Assembly (NCBI GenBank): GCA_963755125.1
Contig: CAVWIP010000008.1
Coordinates: 256,001 to 320,000 of the forward strand
DNA length: 64,000 nucleotides
Source of the DNA: an uncultured delta proteobacterium
Lineage (GTDB): Bacteria; Myxococcota_A; Polyangia; Fen-1088
Direction of reading: 5' to 3'
In this document: positions 1 to 9,184 of the stretch, piece after piece
Layout: every line of letters starts with the position of its first letter
How positions within the stretch are numbered: the stretch's first letter is position 1
Notes under the pieces: model-generated
What the model saw: only the letters and a program-made list of their open reading frames with translations
The model's database searches: none
Told to the model about the DNA's origin: nothing
Program-made: the position numbers and the translations under genes

Positions 1-1
1 C

Positions 2-1495
2 CTCAGTGGCTATCTGCTGAATCAGTTCTTCCCCAATACCTTCAGCGGCTCAATCAACAGTCCCCTCTTCATGATTCTCTTTTGCGTGGGTTTTGCCTTC
101 GGCGTGGCCTACATCGCGTTTCGCGGTGTGACGGGGACCACCGGCGTCAACGTGGCCATCAACATCGTGCAGATCACCGCACTGCTGGTGTTCTCGGTGA
201 TGGCTATCTCCTACCGGGTTAACCACGGGGAGGGCTCGCGCGCCTTCCAACTCGTGAATGGCATTCCCGTGGACTACAATGTCGTGCAGGAGCCGGTGCT
301 GGAGGATGGCAAGCCCAAGATGGACCCCGCCGGTCAGCCGCTGACGCAGCCGAAGATGGATGATGACGGCATGCCGGTGCCCGAGATGAAAGACGGCAAG
401 CCGGTGCCGTTCACCATCACCTACGCCGCCAGCGAAGCCATGAAGATGGAGCCAATCGACGCTGACCATCCCACAACACTGACCCCGCACTTCAAGTTCC
501 ACGAAAGGGCGTCCTCGGTTCCGGCGCCGCACGGATTCTCGCTCATCGTCATCCAGGCTTGCATCGCCATTCTCATCTTGGTCGGTTTCGAGTCAGTCAC
601 GTCGATGGGCGAGGAGGCGCGCAACGCCAAGCGGGACATTCCGCGGGCCGTGCTGCTATCGCTCGGCATCCAGGGTATATTCTGTTACCTGATTGAATAC
701 TTCGCGGCCAACTACTTTCTCAATCAGGGCTACACCATGACCAATGCGGCGGGATCGGGCGCTCCGCTGGGGGACATGATGGTGATAGTGGGCACCTGGC
801 TGTTTGGCAGCTATCAGGCTGGCCGCGCTTTCATGCTGGTGCAGGCGCTGACTGTGTTCCTGGCGCTGATTGGCACCACGCTGTCTTGCCTCAACACCGG
901 GGCGCGCGTGACCTACGCCATGGGCCGCGACGAGGAGATGCCCTCGCACTTCGGCATGTTGCACGGCAAGACCCTCACGCCGCACCGGTCGATCTGGACG
1001 CTGGCTGCAATTTCGGCGGTCATCGGCATTGTGACAGTGTCGCTGTACCTTGGCGGCACCACGCCGTCCGCACTGGAGCCCAAGTTCCAGAACCTGTGGT
1101 ACGGCTTCGGCGTGTTCAGCCCGGAGACCTACGCCAAGCTGCCCAACTCGCTGGTGATCGCGACCCTGGTCAGCAACTTCGGCACCTTCCTGCTGTACAT
1201 GATGACCTGCATGGTGGCCATGGTGGCGTTCCGCGAGCACAAGTCGTTCAACGGATTCAAACATCTGTTCATCCCGCTGTTCGGCCTGGTGGCCAACCTG
1301 GTTTGCATGTTGTTCTACTTGGTGGGACCGTTCATGGTGGCGGGCATGAGCGTGAAGGAACCGTACATTGCGCTGGGGGCCTGTGCCGTGTGGGGCGTGT
1401 ACGGGGCGGTATACTTCCTGCGCAACAGCAAGGCCAAGGCGCGCGCCGTGATGGTGGACAAGCCGACAGTGGCGGCAGATCGAGTACCGGCGTAG
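2..1495 (+). CDS. APC-family amino acid permease (5' end lies outside the window)
   Basis: Frame is open from base 2. Multiple TM helices; motifs GFESVTSMGEEARNAKRDIPRA and ARVTYAMGRD..P..F..LH....PH. Confidence 0.85.
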   Translation, partial: LSGYLLNQFFPNTFSGSINSPLFMILFCVGFAFGVAYIAFRGVTGTTGVNVAINIVQITALLVFSVMAISYRVNHGEGSRAFQLVNGIPVDYNVVQEPVLEDGKPKMDPAGQPLTQPKMDDDGMPVPEMKDGKPVPFTITYAASEAMKMEPIDADHPTTLTPHFKFHERASSVPAPHGFSLIVIQACIAILILVGFESVTSMGEEARNAKRDIPRAVLLSLGIQGIFCYLIEYFAANYFLNQGYTMTNAAGSGAPLGDMMVIVGTWLFGSYQAGRAFMLVQALTVFLALIGTTLSCLNTGARVTYAMGRDEEMPSHFGMLHGKTLTPHRSIWTLAAISAVIGIVTVSLYLGGTTPSALEPKFQNLWYGFGVFSPETYAKLPNSLVIATLVSNFGTFLLYMMTCMVAMVAFREHKSFNGFKHLFIPLFGLVANLVCMLFYLVGPFMVAGMSVKEPYIALGACAVWGVYGAVYFLRNSKAKARAVMVDKPTVAADRVPA

Positions 1496-1591
1496 AGGCG
1501 GGCTTTGCCGAGGGTCAGATCTCGGTCGGTGGTGGCGGGTATGGTGCGGGCGTCGCTCCCTTCCCTCGGGGGCGGCGCCCGCTTGGTGTGT

Positions 1592-2935
1592 TCAGGCGTG
1601 CGGGTAGGCTTGCGACCCCATTTCCAGGGAATCAAGCCCGGTCCACTCCACCTCGGACGGCACGCGGTTGCCCATGACCCGGTCGAGCAGACGGAAGAAC
1701 CCGTAGGCGAGCGCAAAAACGACAATCGCATTGCAAACCACGCCAATCAATTGTGCCAGGAGTTGACTGGCATCGCCGAACAGCAGCCCGCGCACCGGGC
1801 CAGCCACGCCATTCCAGCCCTCGCCGTAACTGCCATCGGCAAACAGGCCCACGGCCAGCGCGCCCCATGCGCCGCAGGCGCCGTGAACCGCGATCGCGCC
1901 CACTGGATCGTCGATACGCAGTCGGCGCTCGAGCAACCCCACCACCAAAAAGACCAGCGGACCGGCCAGCGCGCCAATCAATACGGCGGTGGCGGGCCCC
2001 ACGAAGGCGCAGGGCGCGGTGATGGCCACCAGGCCGCCCAGCATGCCGTTGCAGGCCATGCCGATGTCGGGCCGGCGCGACAGGTACCAGGCCGTGGCCA
2101 GGGCGGCAATGGCACCGGCCGACGACGCCAGCAGCGTATTGCTGGCCACGATGGCAATGCGACCGTCAGTGGCGTTCAGGGTCGAGGCGGTGTTGAAGCC
2201 GAACCAACCGAAAGCCAGGATGAGCGTGCCCACCATGGCCATGGGCAGATTGTGACCGGGAATGGCCGCCACGGTTTCGTCGCGCCGATACTTGCCCACG
2301 CGCGGACCGAGCACGATCGCGCCGGCCAGCGCGGTCAATCCGCCGGTCATGTGCACCACCGACGAGCCGGCGAAGTCCACGTGACCATGGCCGAGGCCCA
2401 GGTTGGCGCCCATCTGGGCCAGCCAGCCGCCGCCCCAGACCCAGTTCCCGTAAAGTGGATACAGGAACATGGACATGAACAGGCCGTAGACAAGGAACGG
2501 CAAGAATCTCCAGCGTTCAGCCATGGCGCCGGTGGGAATGGTGGCTGCCGTGTCCATGAACATGGCGGCAAACAAGAACATGGCCAGATTGACCGGATCA
2601 TTGGCAACCGAAACCAGAGCGAACTTGCCCGCGCCAATGATTCCGTAGCTGTGCTCGCCGATGTGCAGGCTGATCTCGTGCGCGGGCGCCAGGGCCGCAC
2701 CCAGGGTGGGCCAGCCATGCACTCCCCCAAGCATCAAGCCGAAACCGCACAGCCAGAAGCCCAGCACCCCGACGGGATAGACGATCATGTTCATGGCCAT
2801 GGTGTTCACCGCGTTCTTGGCGCGCGTGAAACCGGTCTCCATCATGGCGAATCCAACCTGCATGAACATGACCAGAAACGCGCCCAGCAGCACCCAGGCC
2901 AGATTGAGCGCGTGTTCGAGGGGGAAGGCTGACAT
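1592..2935 (-). CDS. amt: Ammonium transporter (Amt family)
   Basis: FMQVGFAMMETG, DFAGSSVVHMTGG, FGWFGFN, DDPVGAIAVHG; twin His retained. Confidence 0.95.
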   Translation of the reverse strand: MSAFPLEHALNLAWVLLGAFLVMFMQVGFAMMETGFTRAKNAVNTMAMNMIVYPVGVLGFWLCGFGLMLGGVHGWPTLGAALAPAHEISLHIGEHSYGIIGAGKFALVSVANDPVNLAMFLFAAMFMDTAATIPTGAMAERWRFLPFLVYGLFMSMFLYPLYGNWVWGGGWLAQMGANLGLGHGHVDFAGSSVVHMTGGLTALAGAIVLGPRVGKYRRDETVAAIPGHNLPMAMVGTLILAFGWFGFNTASTLNATDGRIAIVASNTLLASSAGAIAALATAWYLSRRPDIGMACNGMLGGLVAITAPCAFVGPATAVLIGALAGPLVFLVVGLLERRLRIDDPVGAIAVHGACGAWGALAVGLFADGSYGEGWNGVAGPVRGLLFGDASQLLAQLIGVVCNAIVVFALAYGFFRLLDRVMGNRVPSEVEWTGLDSLEMGSQAYPHA

Positions 2936-2936
2936 G

Positions 2937-3938
2937 CTACAAACTCCTCTTGGTTGCGGTCGGGCGGCCCGATCCGGTTCGGTGGGGGTGACTGCACCAG
3001 ATGAGCGTGGTCAGCCCGGCCAGCACCAGCACGACGATCAGGGGCATGAGCACCCGTCGCGGCACGGAGAAACGACGGCGCGCGCGGCCCTTCTCGGGAT
3101 CGTAGGGCAGCACCGCGGCGGGATTGCGCAGATCGGCCAGCATTTCGGCCGCCCCGGCGTAGCGGTCGCGCGGCGAACGTTCCAGCGCCTTGAGCAAAAT
3201 GGCCTCCAGCGAACGATCGAAGCCAGGCACGTAATAGCTGGGTGGCGTGGGATCCTCGTTGGCCTTGGCACGCAGGAGCGCGTGCGGATTGGCGGCGGAA
3301 TAGGGCAACTCTCCTGTCAACATCTCGTACAGGATGGTGCCGAGGGCGTACACATCGGTGCGCGCATCACCGCGCCGGCCGCCGATCTGTTCGGGCGCCA
3401 TGTAGTCGGGCGTGCCGATGGTGTTGGAAAGGCCGGCCCAGGTCAGGCGCCGTGCCGAAGCGTCGAAGGCAATGCCGAAATCGAGGATCTTGGCGCAACC
3501 GGCAGCGGTGACCAGGATGTTCTCCGGCTTGATGTCGCGATGGACGACCTTGCGCTCGTGCATGTAGGCCAGCGCCTCGCACACCTGGATGGCCAGGCCG
3601 AGTGCCGTGTCGATGGCCATCGGCTTGCTCCCCTGCATGAGAGCGCGCAGGGATTTTCCCTCGACGAATTCCATCACGATGTACATGCGGCTCTTTTCCT
3701 TCGGCCGCAGCACGCGCACGATGTTGGGATACTGCAGACGCAGCCCCAGCTCCTCTTCGCGCCGGAAACGCTCGAAGAACACCACATCGCTCTCGAATTG
3801 CGGGTGCGGGATCTTGAGCACCACGGTGGCGCCGGTTTCGCTGTCGATGGCTTTGAAAATGGATGCCATTCCACTGCGCGCCAGCACGTCGGTGAGCTGG
3901 TACTGGTCGAGGCGCTCGCCGGCACTCACTTCGCGCAT
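2937..3938 (-). CDS. Hanks-type Ser/Thr protein kinase with C-terminal TM anchor
   Basis: VLKIP, HRDIKPEN, DFG, GTPDYMAPE; hydrophobic C-terminal segment. Start placed at MREVSAG (3938) because the longer ORF overlaps the PP2C gene. Confidence 0.9.
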   Translation of the reverse strand: MREVSAGERLDQYQLTDVLARSGMASIFKAIDSETGATVVLKIPHPQFESDVVFFERFRREEELGLRLQYPNIVRVLRPKEKSRMYIVMEFVEGKSLRALMQGSKPMAIDTALGLAIQVCEALAYMHERKVVHRDIKPENILVTAAGCAKILDFGIAFDASARRLTWAGLSNTIGTPDYMAPEQIGGRRGDARTDVYALGTILYEMLTGELPYSAANPHALLRAKANEDPTPPSYYVPGFDRSLEAILLKALERSPRDRYAGAAEMLADLRNPAAVLPYDPEKGRARRRFSVPRRVLMPLIVVLVLAGLTTLIWCSHPHRTGSGRPTATKRSL

Positions 3939-3978
3939 CAGGACGTACTTCCGAGAAAATTCATGGGAGCCATCTTGA

Positions 3979-4860
3979 ATGTCGATCGCTAAAGAAGCAA
4001 ATCCAGACGATGCGGTGAACAGAAAGCGTTTACCTCCTGGAAACGATCTGTCGCCGCCCGCGCCGGCTGCGTTTGCCTTCGACATGGCGGCGCTCAGCCA
4101 CCCGGGAACCGAACGAGGCGACAACGAAGATTCCTGTGTCAGCCATCGTGAAAGTGACGAGTGTGGTCTGCTCGCCGTGGCAGACGGTGTCTCCAGCTAC
4201 GACGGCGGCGAGGTGGCCAGCCAGCGCGCCACCGAGGTGCTGGTGCGGTCTTTCACGGAACAGGGATCGACCGTGACCACCATGAAACGCCTGGTCCGCG
4301 CGGTCCAGCAGGCCAACATCGAAATCTACGATACCGCTGTGGTGGTGCCGCAACTCCGTCGCATGTGTACCACACTGACCGCGCTGGTGGTTCACAAGGC
4401 AGAGGCCGTGGCCGCCCACGTTGGCGACAGTCGGCTGTACCTGATCCGCGAAGAACAGATCCTCCAACTCACCAAGGACCACACCGTCGCCGCCGAGCGC
4501 GCCAGCCTGGGTCTCATCAGCAAGGAACGCCTGCGCAACCATCCCGATCGTTGCGTGCTCACCCGCAGCGTGGGACGCGAACTCATCGTGGGCGTCGACC
4601 GCATCACGCGCGAGCTGGTGCAAGATGACGTGCTCATTGTGTGCAGCGATGGCCTGTACAACTCTTTGGACGAGGCGGAGTTTCCACGAATTGTGGCCAA
4701 TTTGGATGCGGCCAGCGGCTGTCGTGCGCTCATCGATGCGGCCAACAGCATAGGTGCCTTCGACAACGTGACCGCAGCCATGGTGCGCATCACCCGTGCG
4801 CCGGCAAAGCTGGAGCCAGTGGGAGGACTTGGCAATCGTCTGAGGCGGTGGTTCCGCTGA
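3979..4860 (+). CDS. PP2C-family (Stp1/PrpC) Ser/Thr phosphatase
   Basis: R..NEDS, AVADGV, HVGDSRLY, CSDGL, DNVT. Exact start uncertain. Confidence 0.92.
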   Translation: MSIAKEANPDDAVNRKRLPPGNDLSPPAPAAFAFDMAALSHPGTERGDNEDSCVSHRESDECGLLAVADGVSSYDGGEVASQRATEVLVRSFTEQGSTVTTMKRLVRAVQQANIEIYDTAVVVPQLRRMCTTLTALVVHKAEAVAAHVGDSRLYLIREEQILQLTKDHTVAAERASLGLISKERLRNHPDRCVLTRSVGRELIVGVDRITRELVQDDVLIVCSDGLYNSLDEAEFPRIVANLDAASGCRALIDAANSIGAFDNVTAAMVRITRAPAKLEPVGGLGNRLRRWFR

Positions 4861-5019
4861 AAAGGTACACTTCGTCAGCCGACGAAACCCAGGAAAGAAC
4901 AGCGGGTTTCCACGGGGTTTCGGGCCGGCTAAAGCGCGGCAAATACAGTCCTGGTCCTATTGCAGGGTCGTTTGATGTCTGCTTCTATTGGTTGGGTGTT
5001 CGCAAACAAGGAGAAAGAG

Positions 5020-6267
5020 ATGCGCAATTTGCTCGCTTTTGTTTTCACTGTCGCAATTGGGTTGAGTCCGCTGGTGGTATTCGGGCAGACGGCCGCACCA
5101 GCCGATGTTCCATCGGCAGGGCCGGCCCAGTCCGCGGGCGCGCCGGCCGCGCCAGCGCCGACTTCTCCAGCGGCGCCGGTCGCAGCGGCAGCGCCGGCCG
5201 CGCCAGCCGCCCCTGCGGCGCCTCCGCCGGTCGCATTCACCTGGGAGGCGCTGGTGGACGCCTACTACATGTACAACTTCACCGGCAAGCCGTCACTTCA
5301 GAGTCCGGCGGCACCCCGTGCGTTCGACGTGGAGGCCAACAGCTTTTCCCTCAACTACGCCAAACTGGGCATAGGTGCCGATACGCAATACGTCGCTTTC
5401 CGTATGGACCTGGGCGCGGGTCACACCGCAGCCATCATCAATGCGGCCAGCGGCGCAGCGAGTGCCGCGGGCGCCCTGTCCGCCAGTCAGTACGGCAATG
5501 ACTTCCTCGTGCAACAGGCATTTGGCACGGTCAAGCCCACGAGCTGGCTCAGCCTCGACGCTGGCCGCTTCGTCACCAGCGCAGGTGCAGAGGTGATCGA
5601 AGCCAACAAGAACTGGCTCTACAGCCGCTCGATGTTGTTCTATGGAATCCCACTCTTGCACACGGGCCTGCGAGTAAACGTGACCGCCAGCCCTTCACTC
5701 AAGCTACAGGCCAGCCTGGTCAACGGCTGGAACAACGACCCTGACAACAACATTGGCAAGACCTTTGGCGCCAACGCGACTTATGCACCGCCCGATTCCG
5801 GTTTGAATGCGTCGATCACCACCTACATTGGCAAAGAAGTGGCGGCCGGCTCGGGCGGCGACACGACCGTCCTTCTCGACGGCGTGATCACCAAGGACAT
5901 TGCCCAGGCATCGGTCGGCCTGAACGTCGACTATTTCAAGGTCGGCACCCCGTACTGGGTCGGGGCTGCGGCCATGGGGAAGTACGCTTTCACCGACCTT
6001 TTCAATGCGGCGGCAAGGTTCGAGCTGGTGTCGAGCAAGAACGGCGGCTACACTGCGGGCTTCCCCGCCACACCGCCAGCCACGGCCTACGCGGGCGATG
6101 CGGTGCTCTACGAAGGTACTCTGATGGGCGGCTTGACCGTGGCCAAGCACTTCGAGACCCGGCTGGAGTTTCGCGGGGATTTCGCCAACCAGGACCTGTT
6201 CAACAAGGGCGGCGTGGCCCGTAAGAACCAGTTCACCGGCCTGGTCGCCTTCCTGGCCTATTTCTAG
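5020..6267 (+). CDS. Putative outer-membrane beta-barrel porin with signal peptide and Ala/Pro linker
   Basis: RBS AAGGAG before ATG 5020; signal peptide; DAYYMYNF, G.EVIEA..NW.YSRS.LF, C-terminal Phe. Confidence 0.75.
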   Translation: MRNLLAFVFTVAIGLSPLVVFGQTAAPADVPSAGPAQSAGAPAAPAPTSPAAPVAAAAPAAPAAPAAPPPVAFTWEALVDAYYMYNFTGKPSLQSPAAPRAFDVEANSFSLNYAKLGIGADTQYVAFRMDLGAGHTAAIINAASGAASAAGALSASQYGNDFLVQQAFGTVKPTSWLSLDAGRFVTSAGAEVIEANKNWLYSRSMLFYGIPLLHTGLRVNVTASPSLKLQASLVNGWNNDPDNNIGKTFGANATYAPPDSGLNASITTYIGKEVAAGSGGDTTVLLDGVITKDIAQASVGLNVDYFKVGTPYWVGAAAMGKYAFTDLFNAAARFELVSSKNGGYTAGFPATPPATAYAGDAVLYEGTLMGGLTVAKHFETRLEFRGDFANQDLFNKGGVARKNQFTGLVAFLAYF

Positions 6268-6288
6268 CTGGTTTCGCTACGGCGGCGT

Positions 6289-6321
6289 GGATGGGTCCTT
6301 GCTTGCCGAGAGCACCCATCC
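6289..6321. other. Intergenic stem-loop between porin and PII genes
   Basis: GGATGGGT...ACCCATCC inverted repeat. Confidence 0.4.
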
Positions 6322-6393
6322 GTCCCGCGCCAGTTCGAACATTTCACCAGCAGGAAACACACTGGCAACGTATTTGGGGGGATGCTCGCTCTC

Positions 6394-6732
6394 ATGAAAA
6401 GGATTGAAGCCATCGTCAAGCCGGTCAAGCTCGACGAGCTGAAGGATCGACTGCGTCAGGCGGGCGCCCAGGGAATAACCATATCCGAGGTCAGGGGCTT
6501 TGGTCGCACCGGTGGCAAGAAGGATGCCTACCTCGGTTCGGCCTACGTCGTGGACTTCGCCCCCAAGGTCCGCATCCAGATGGTGATCGACGACAACATG
6601 GTTCAGCCCATCGTCGAGGCAATCCAGGCCACCGCGTGCACCGGCGAGATCGGCGATGGCAAGGTGTTCGTCAGTTCTGTGGTCGACGCGATTCGCATCC
6701 GCACCGGGGAACGCGGCCACGATGCTCTTTGA
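6394..6732 (+). CDS. glnB: Nitrogen regulatory protein PII
   Basis: 112 aa; MKRIEAIVKP, GFGR, T-loop Tyr (SAYVVDF), TGEIGDGKVFV, IRIRTGE. Confidence 0.95.
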   Translation: MKRIEAIVKPVKLDELKDRLRQAGAQGITISEVRGFGRTGGKKDAYLGSAYVVDFAPKVRIQMVIDDNMVQPIVEAIQATACTGEIGDGKVFVSSVVDAIRIRTGERGHDAL

Positions 6733-6745
6733 TTAGCCGTACGGA

Positions 6746-7135
6746 ATGATTGCCCCCAAGACCATCAGTCGCCAAGAGCAGCGCACGCGCGACACGGCCC
6801 GTTTCGCAGAGGAATTCTTCGCACTGACGGGGTTTCGGCCTGTCGCCGCCTATCGGGAGTACTTGCCGCCTGGGTTTCTCGCCCGCCCGATACCCTCCCC
6901 GGCGGAGCTGGTTGCGCGATTCGGTGACCGGCTGCACACGCGCACCAGCAACGCCCTTCGGCAACAGGATCCCGGCCTGCCTAAGCGCCAGGATTGGACC
7001 TACGGCAGCCTGATCGAGCTTCGTGGCTTCGGCATGTTCTGTCTGCTCGACGTCATGCAGGCGTTGCACGAGACGGGCTCCGCGCTCGAACCGGCGCCCG
7101 TCTCGCCCCCCGCTACACCGAGGAAGGGACCGTGA
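6746..7135 (+). CDS. Hypothetical protein with RNA polymerase alpha-CTD-like helix-hairpin-helix region
   Basis: LHTRTSNAL...LIELRGFG..CL.DV..AL resembles alpha-CTD LSVRS.N.L...LL..RNFG.KSL.EI..AL; starts 13 bp after glnB. Confidence 0.5.
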   Translation: MIAPKTISRQEQRTRDTARFAEEFFALTGFRPVAAYREYLPPGFLARPIPSPAELVARFGDRLHTRTSNALRQQDPGLPKRQDWTYGSLIELRGFGMFCLLDVMQALHETGSALEPAPVSPPATPRKGP

Positions 7136-7360
7136 AGGCGAACCGGCGGCCAGCGACACCACGAGGAGGACCAGCGCGAACCGGTAGCCAACCCCGCGAA
7201 CGGTCTCGACGTGGTCGCCGGCTGCGCCCAGCTTCTCGCGCAGACGCTTGACGTGGGCTTGGTCGCATGGGCCCCGAACACCAGCCGGATCGCCGGTCTT
7301 GGGGCCACAAGCGCCACCTCACGTGCCTGGGAGCAAGTCGATAGACGTTTGCTCTTTCTT

Positions 7361-7376
7361 GTCACATTATCGTCGC
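7361..7376 (+). promoter_or_regulatory. Pho-box-like 11-bp-period direct repeat upstream of pit
   Basis: GTCAC-ATTATC-GTCGC. Confidence 0.45.
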
Positions 7377-7658
7377 AAATTTGCAACGCAGCAGACCCAA
7401 TCGCCGACCCACCGGATTCCCGAACATGACCGAAAATCTAGCACTACTGGTTGATATTCGGACCGAGCCCTCGGGAGCGAGGATGACCGATGACGACGCG
7501 CGACGAGGGATGATACTGAACGTATCTGACCGAGGAGCAAGAAAGTCAGCGGTCCCCGCAGACCCGAGGGTGACGGGAGAATTTCAATCAGTAGTGCTAG
7601 CCAGTCCGCGAGAACGCGGTCAGCGCGACCGTACCGCGTGCGGAGGCGCGATCCGGCC

Positions 7659-8675
7659 ATGACCGCCGGCCATATAGTCCTCATCATCGCAGTCGTGGTG
7701 GCCGCTCTGGCGTTCGACTTCATCAACGGCTTCCACGACGCCGCCAACTCGATCGCCACCATCGTGTCCACCCGCGTGCTCACCCCGTTCCGGGCGGTGC
7801 TGTGGGCCGCGTTCTTCAACTTCATTGCCTTTGCCCTGTTCAAGTTGCACGTGGCCAGCACCATCGGCAAAGGCATCATCGACCCCGCCGTGGTGGACAT
7901 GGCGGTCATCATTGGCGCGCTGGCCGGCGCCATCGCCTGGAACCTGCTGACCTGGTGGTGGGGATTGCCGTCCAGCTCGTCGCACGCCCTGGTGGGCGGG
8001 CTGATCGGGGCAGGCGTTTCCAAGGCGGGCCCGGGCATCCTGGGCTGGGGCAAGATCGGCGCCACCGCCGCGTTCATTCTGATCTCTCCTCTGCTTGGCT
8101 ATTTCGGCGCTGCAATTTTGATGATTGGATGCTCGTGGCTGCTGCGCAGGCAGACCCCAGGCCGGGTGGACAAGTGGTTCCGTCGCTTGCAGTTCCTGTC
8201 CGCTTCGGCCTTTAGCCTCAACCACGGTGGCAACGACGCCCAGAAAACCATGGGAATCATAGCCGTGCTGCTCTACTCGCAAGGTCTCTTGGGCAAAACC
8301 TTCCCCAGCACGACGAATTTCCCGCTATGGATCGTGCTCTCCTGCCACGCGGCCATGGGCCTGGGCACCATGGCGGGCGGCTGGCGAATCGTGAAGACCA
8401 TGGGCATGCGCCTGACCAAGCTGCGACCGTTCGGCGGCTTCTGCGCCGAGACCGGCGGCTCGCTGGCCATCTTCATCGCGACCCAACTAGGCATCCCGGT
8501 TTCCACCACCCACACCATCACAGGCGCCATCGTCGGCGTGGGCTCTGTCTCCAACCCAGGCCGAGTGCGCTGGGGCCTGGCCAGCCGGATTCTTTGGGCG
8601 TGGATCTTCACCATTCCCGCCTCCGCTGTCATCGCTGCCATCACCTACTTCATCGCGCGCGCGCTGGGCGCGTGA
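7659..8675 (+). CDS. pit: Inorganic phosphate transporter, PiT family
   Basis: NGFHDAANSIAT, PSSSSHAL, HGGNDAQKTMG, PVSTTH; RBS GGAGG. Confidence 0.95.
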   Translation: MTAGHIVLIIAVVVAALAFDFINGFHDAANSIATIVSTRVLTPFRAVLWAAFFNFIAFALFKLHVASTIGKGIIDPAVVDMAVIIGALAGAIAWNLLTWWWGLPSSSSHALVGGLIGAGVSKAGPGILGWGKIGATAAFILISPLLGYFGAAILMIGCSWLLRRQTPGRVDKWFRRLQFLSASAFSLNHGGNDAQKTMGIIAVLLYSQGLLGKTFPSTTNFPLWIVLSCHAAMGLGTMAGGWRIVKTMGMRLTKLRPFGGFCAETGGSLAIFIATQLGIPVSTTHTITGAIVGVGSVSNPGRVRWGLASRILWAWIFTIPASAVIAAITYFIARALGA

Positions 8676-8708
8676 TCTCAGGCGAGCTGCCAACTCGCTG
8701 ACCGTTTA

Positions 8709-9002
8709 TCAGTCGCTGCGGGATTTCGAAGCGCGGATTCGGGCGATGGCCGCCGCCCACAGCGAGGATTCTCGAACCCTGGCCGGCGCAGAGGGCCGCT
8801 CGACTGCCGGGGCATCGTTGTCGTCGTCACACATCCCATCTGCCACGACCTCGTCGTCGTCGGGCTCTCCGCCTGGCCATGCGGGTTCACGATCCCACGG
8901 ATTCTCCTTCGCTTTGGGTGGTGGCACCCTTTTCACTTGACGGTCGCCGGGCACGGGCTCACTCGGTCTTTGGCGAGGATTGTCGTCGGTCATGACATGC
9001 AT
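8709..9002 (-). CDS. Small acidic/Pro-rich hypothetical protein
   Basis: Strong RBS GAGGAGG upstream; ORF fills the gap between pit and purH; alternative start 8993. Confidence 0.5.
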   Translation of the reverse strand: MHVMTDDNPRQRPSEPVPGDRQVKRVPPPKAKENPWDREPAWPGGEPDDDEVVADGMCDDDNDAPAVERPSAPARVRESSLWAAAIARIRASKSRSD

Positions 9003-9035
9003 GGAACCTCCTCGTTTTCAGTTTGACCGACGGTG

Positions 9036-9051
9036 GTGACGAATATGTGAC
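9036..9051 (-). promoter_or_regulatory. Pho-box-like 11-bp-period direct repeat
   Basis: Minus strand reads GTCAC-ATATTC-GTCAC, nearly identical to the box at 7361. Confidence 0.45.
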
Positions 9052-9184
9052 GTAAGGGAAAACTCTTGCGCACGGCCGGTGTCCCCCATCGTGGGCGCGC
9101 CACGCCGATCCCCCAACCTGCCGCCCTGATTGCGTTTTCATCGTGCCTCCCAAGCGCGCCTGATGTTGTGATAAAAGCCGAGCC

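Noticed and set aside
1505..2932. Long plus-strand ORF, and the many similar antisense ORFs such as 8990-10954, 22501-24114 and 41485-42942
   Set aside because: These are shadow frames opposite well-supported genes in high-GC DNA and carry no motifs.
4878..4930. Riboswitch in the PP2C-porin spacer (GAAACCC pairing with two GGGTTTC copies)
   Set aside because: Alternative hairpins are possible, but I recognise no aptamer consensus; an Rfam search would be needed.
4951..4965. Sigma54 promoter before the porin (TGGTCCTATTGCA)
   Set aside because: The GG-to-GC spacing is 7 rather than 10.
6363..6377. Sigma54 promoter before glnB (TGGCAACGTATTTGG)
   Set aside because: The -12 position reads GG instead of GC and the site is very close to the start codon; too weak to call.
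7381..7662. DUF47/PhoU-like gene upstream of pit
   Set aside because: The short ORF has no resemblance to that family and no convincing RBS.
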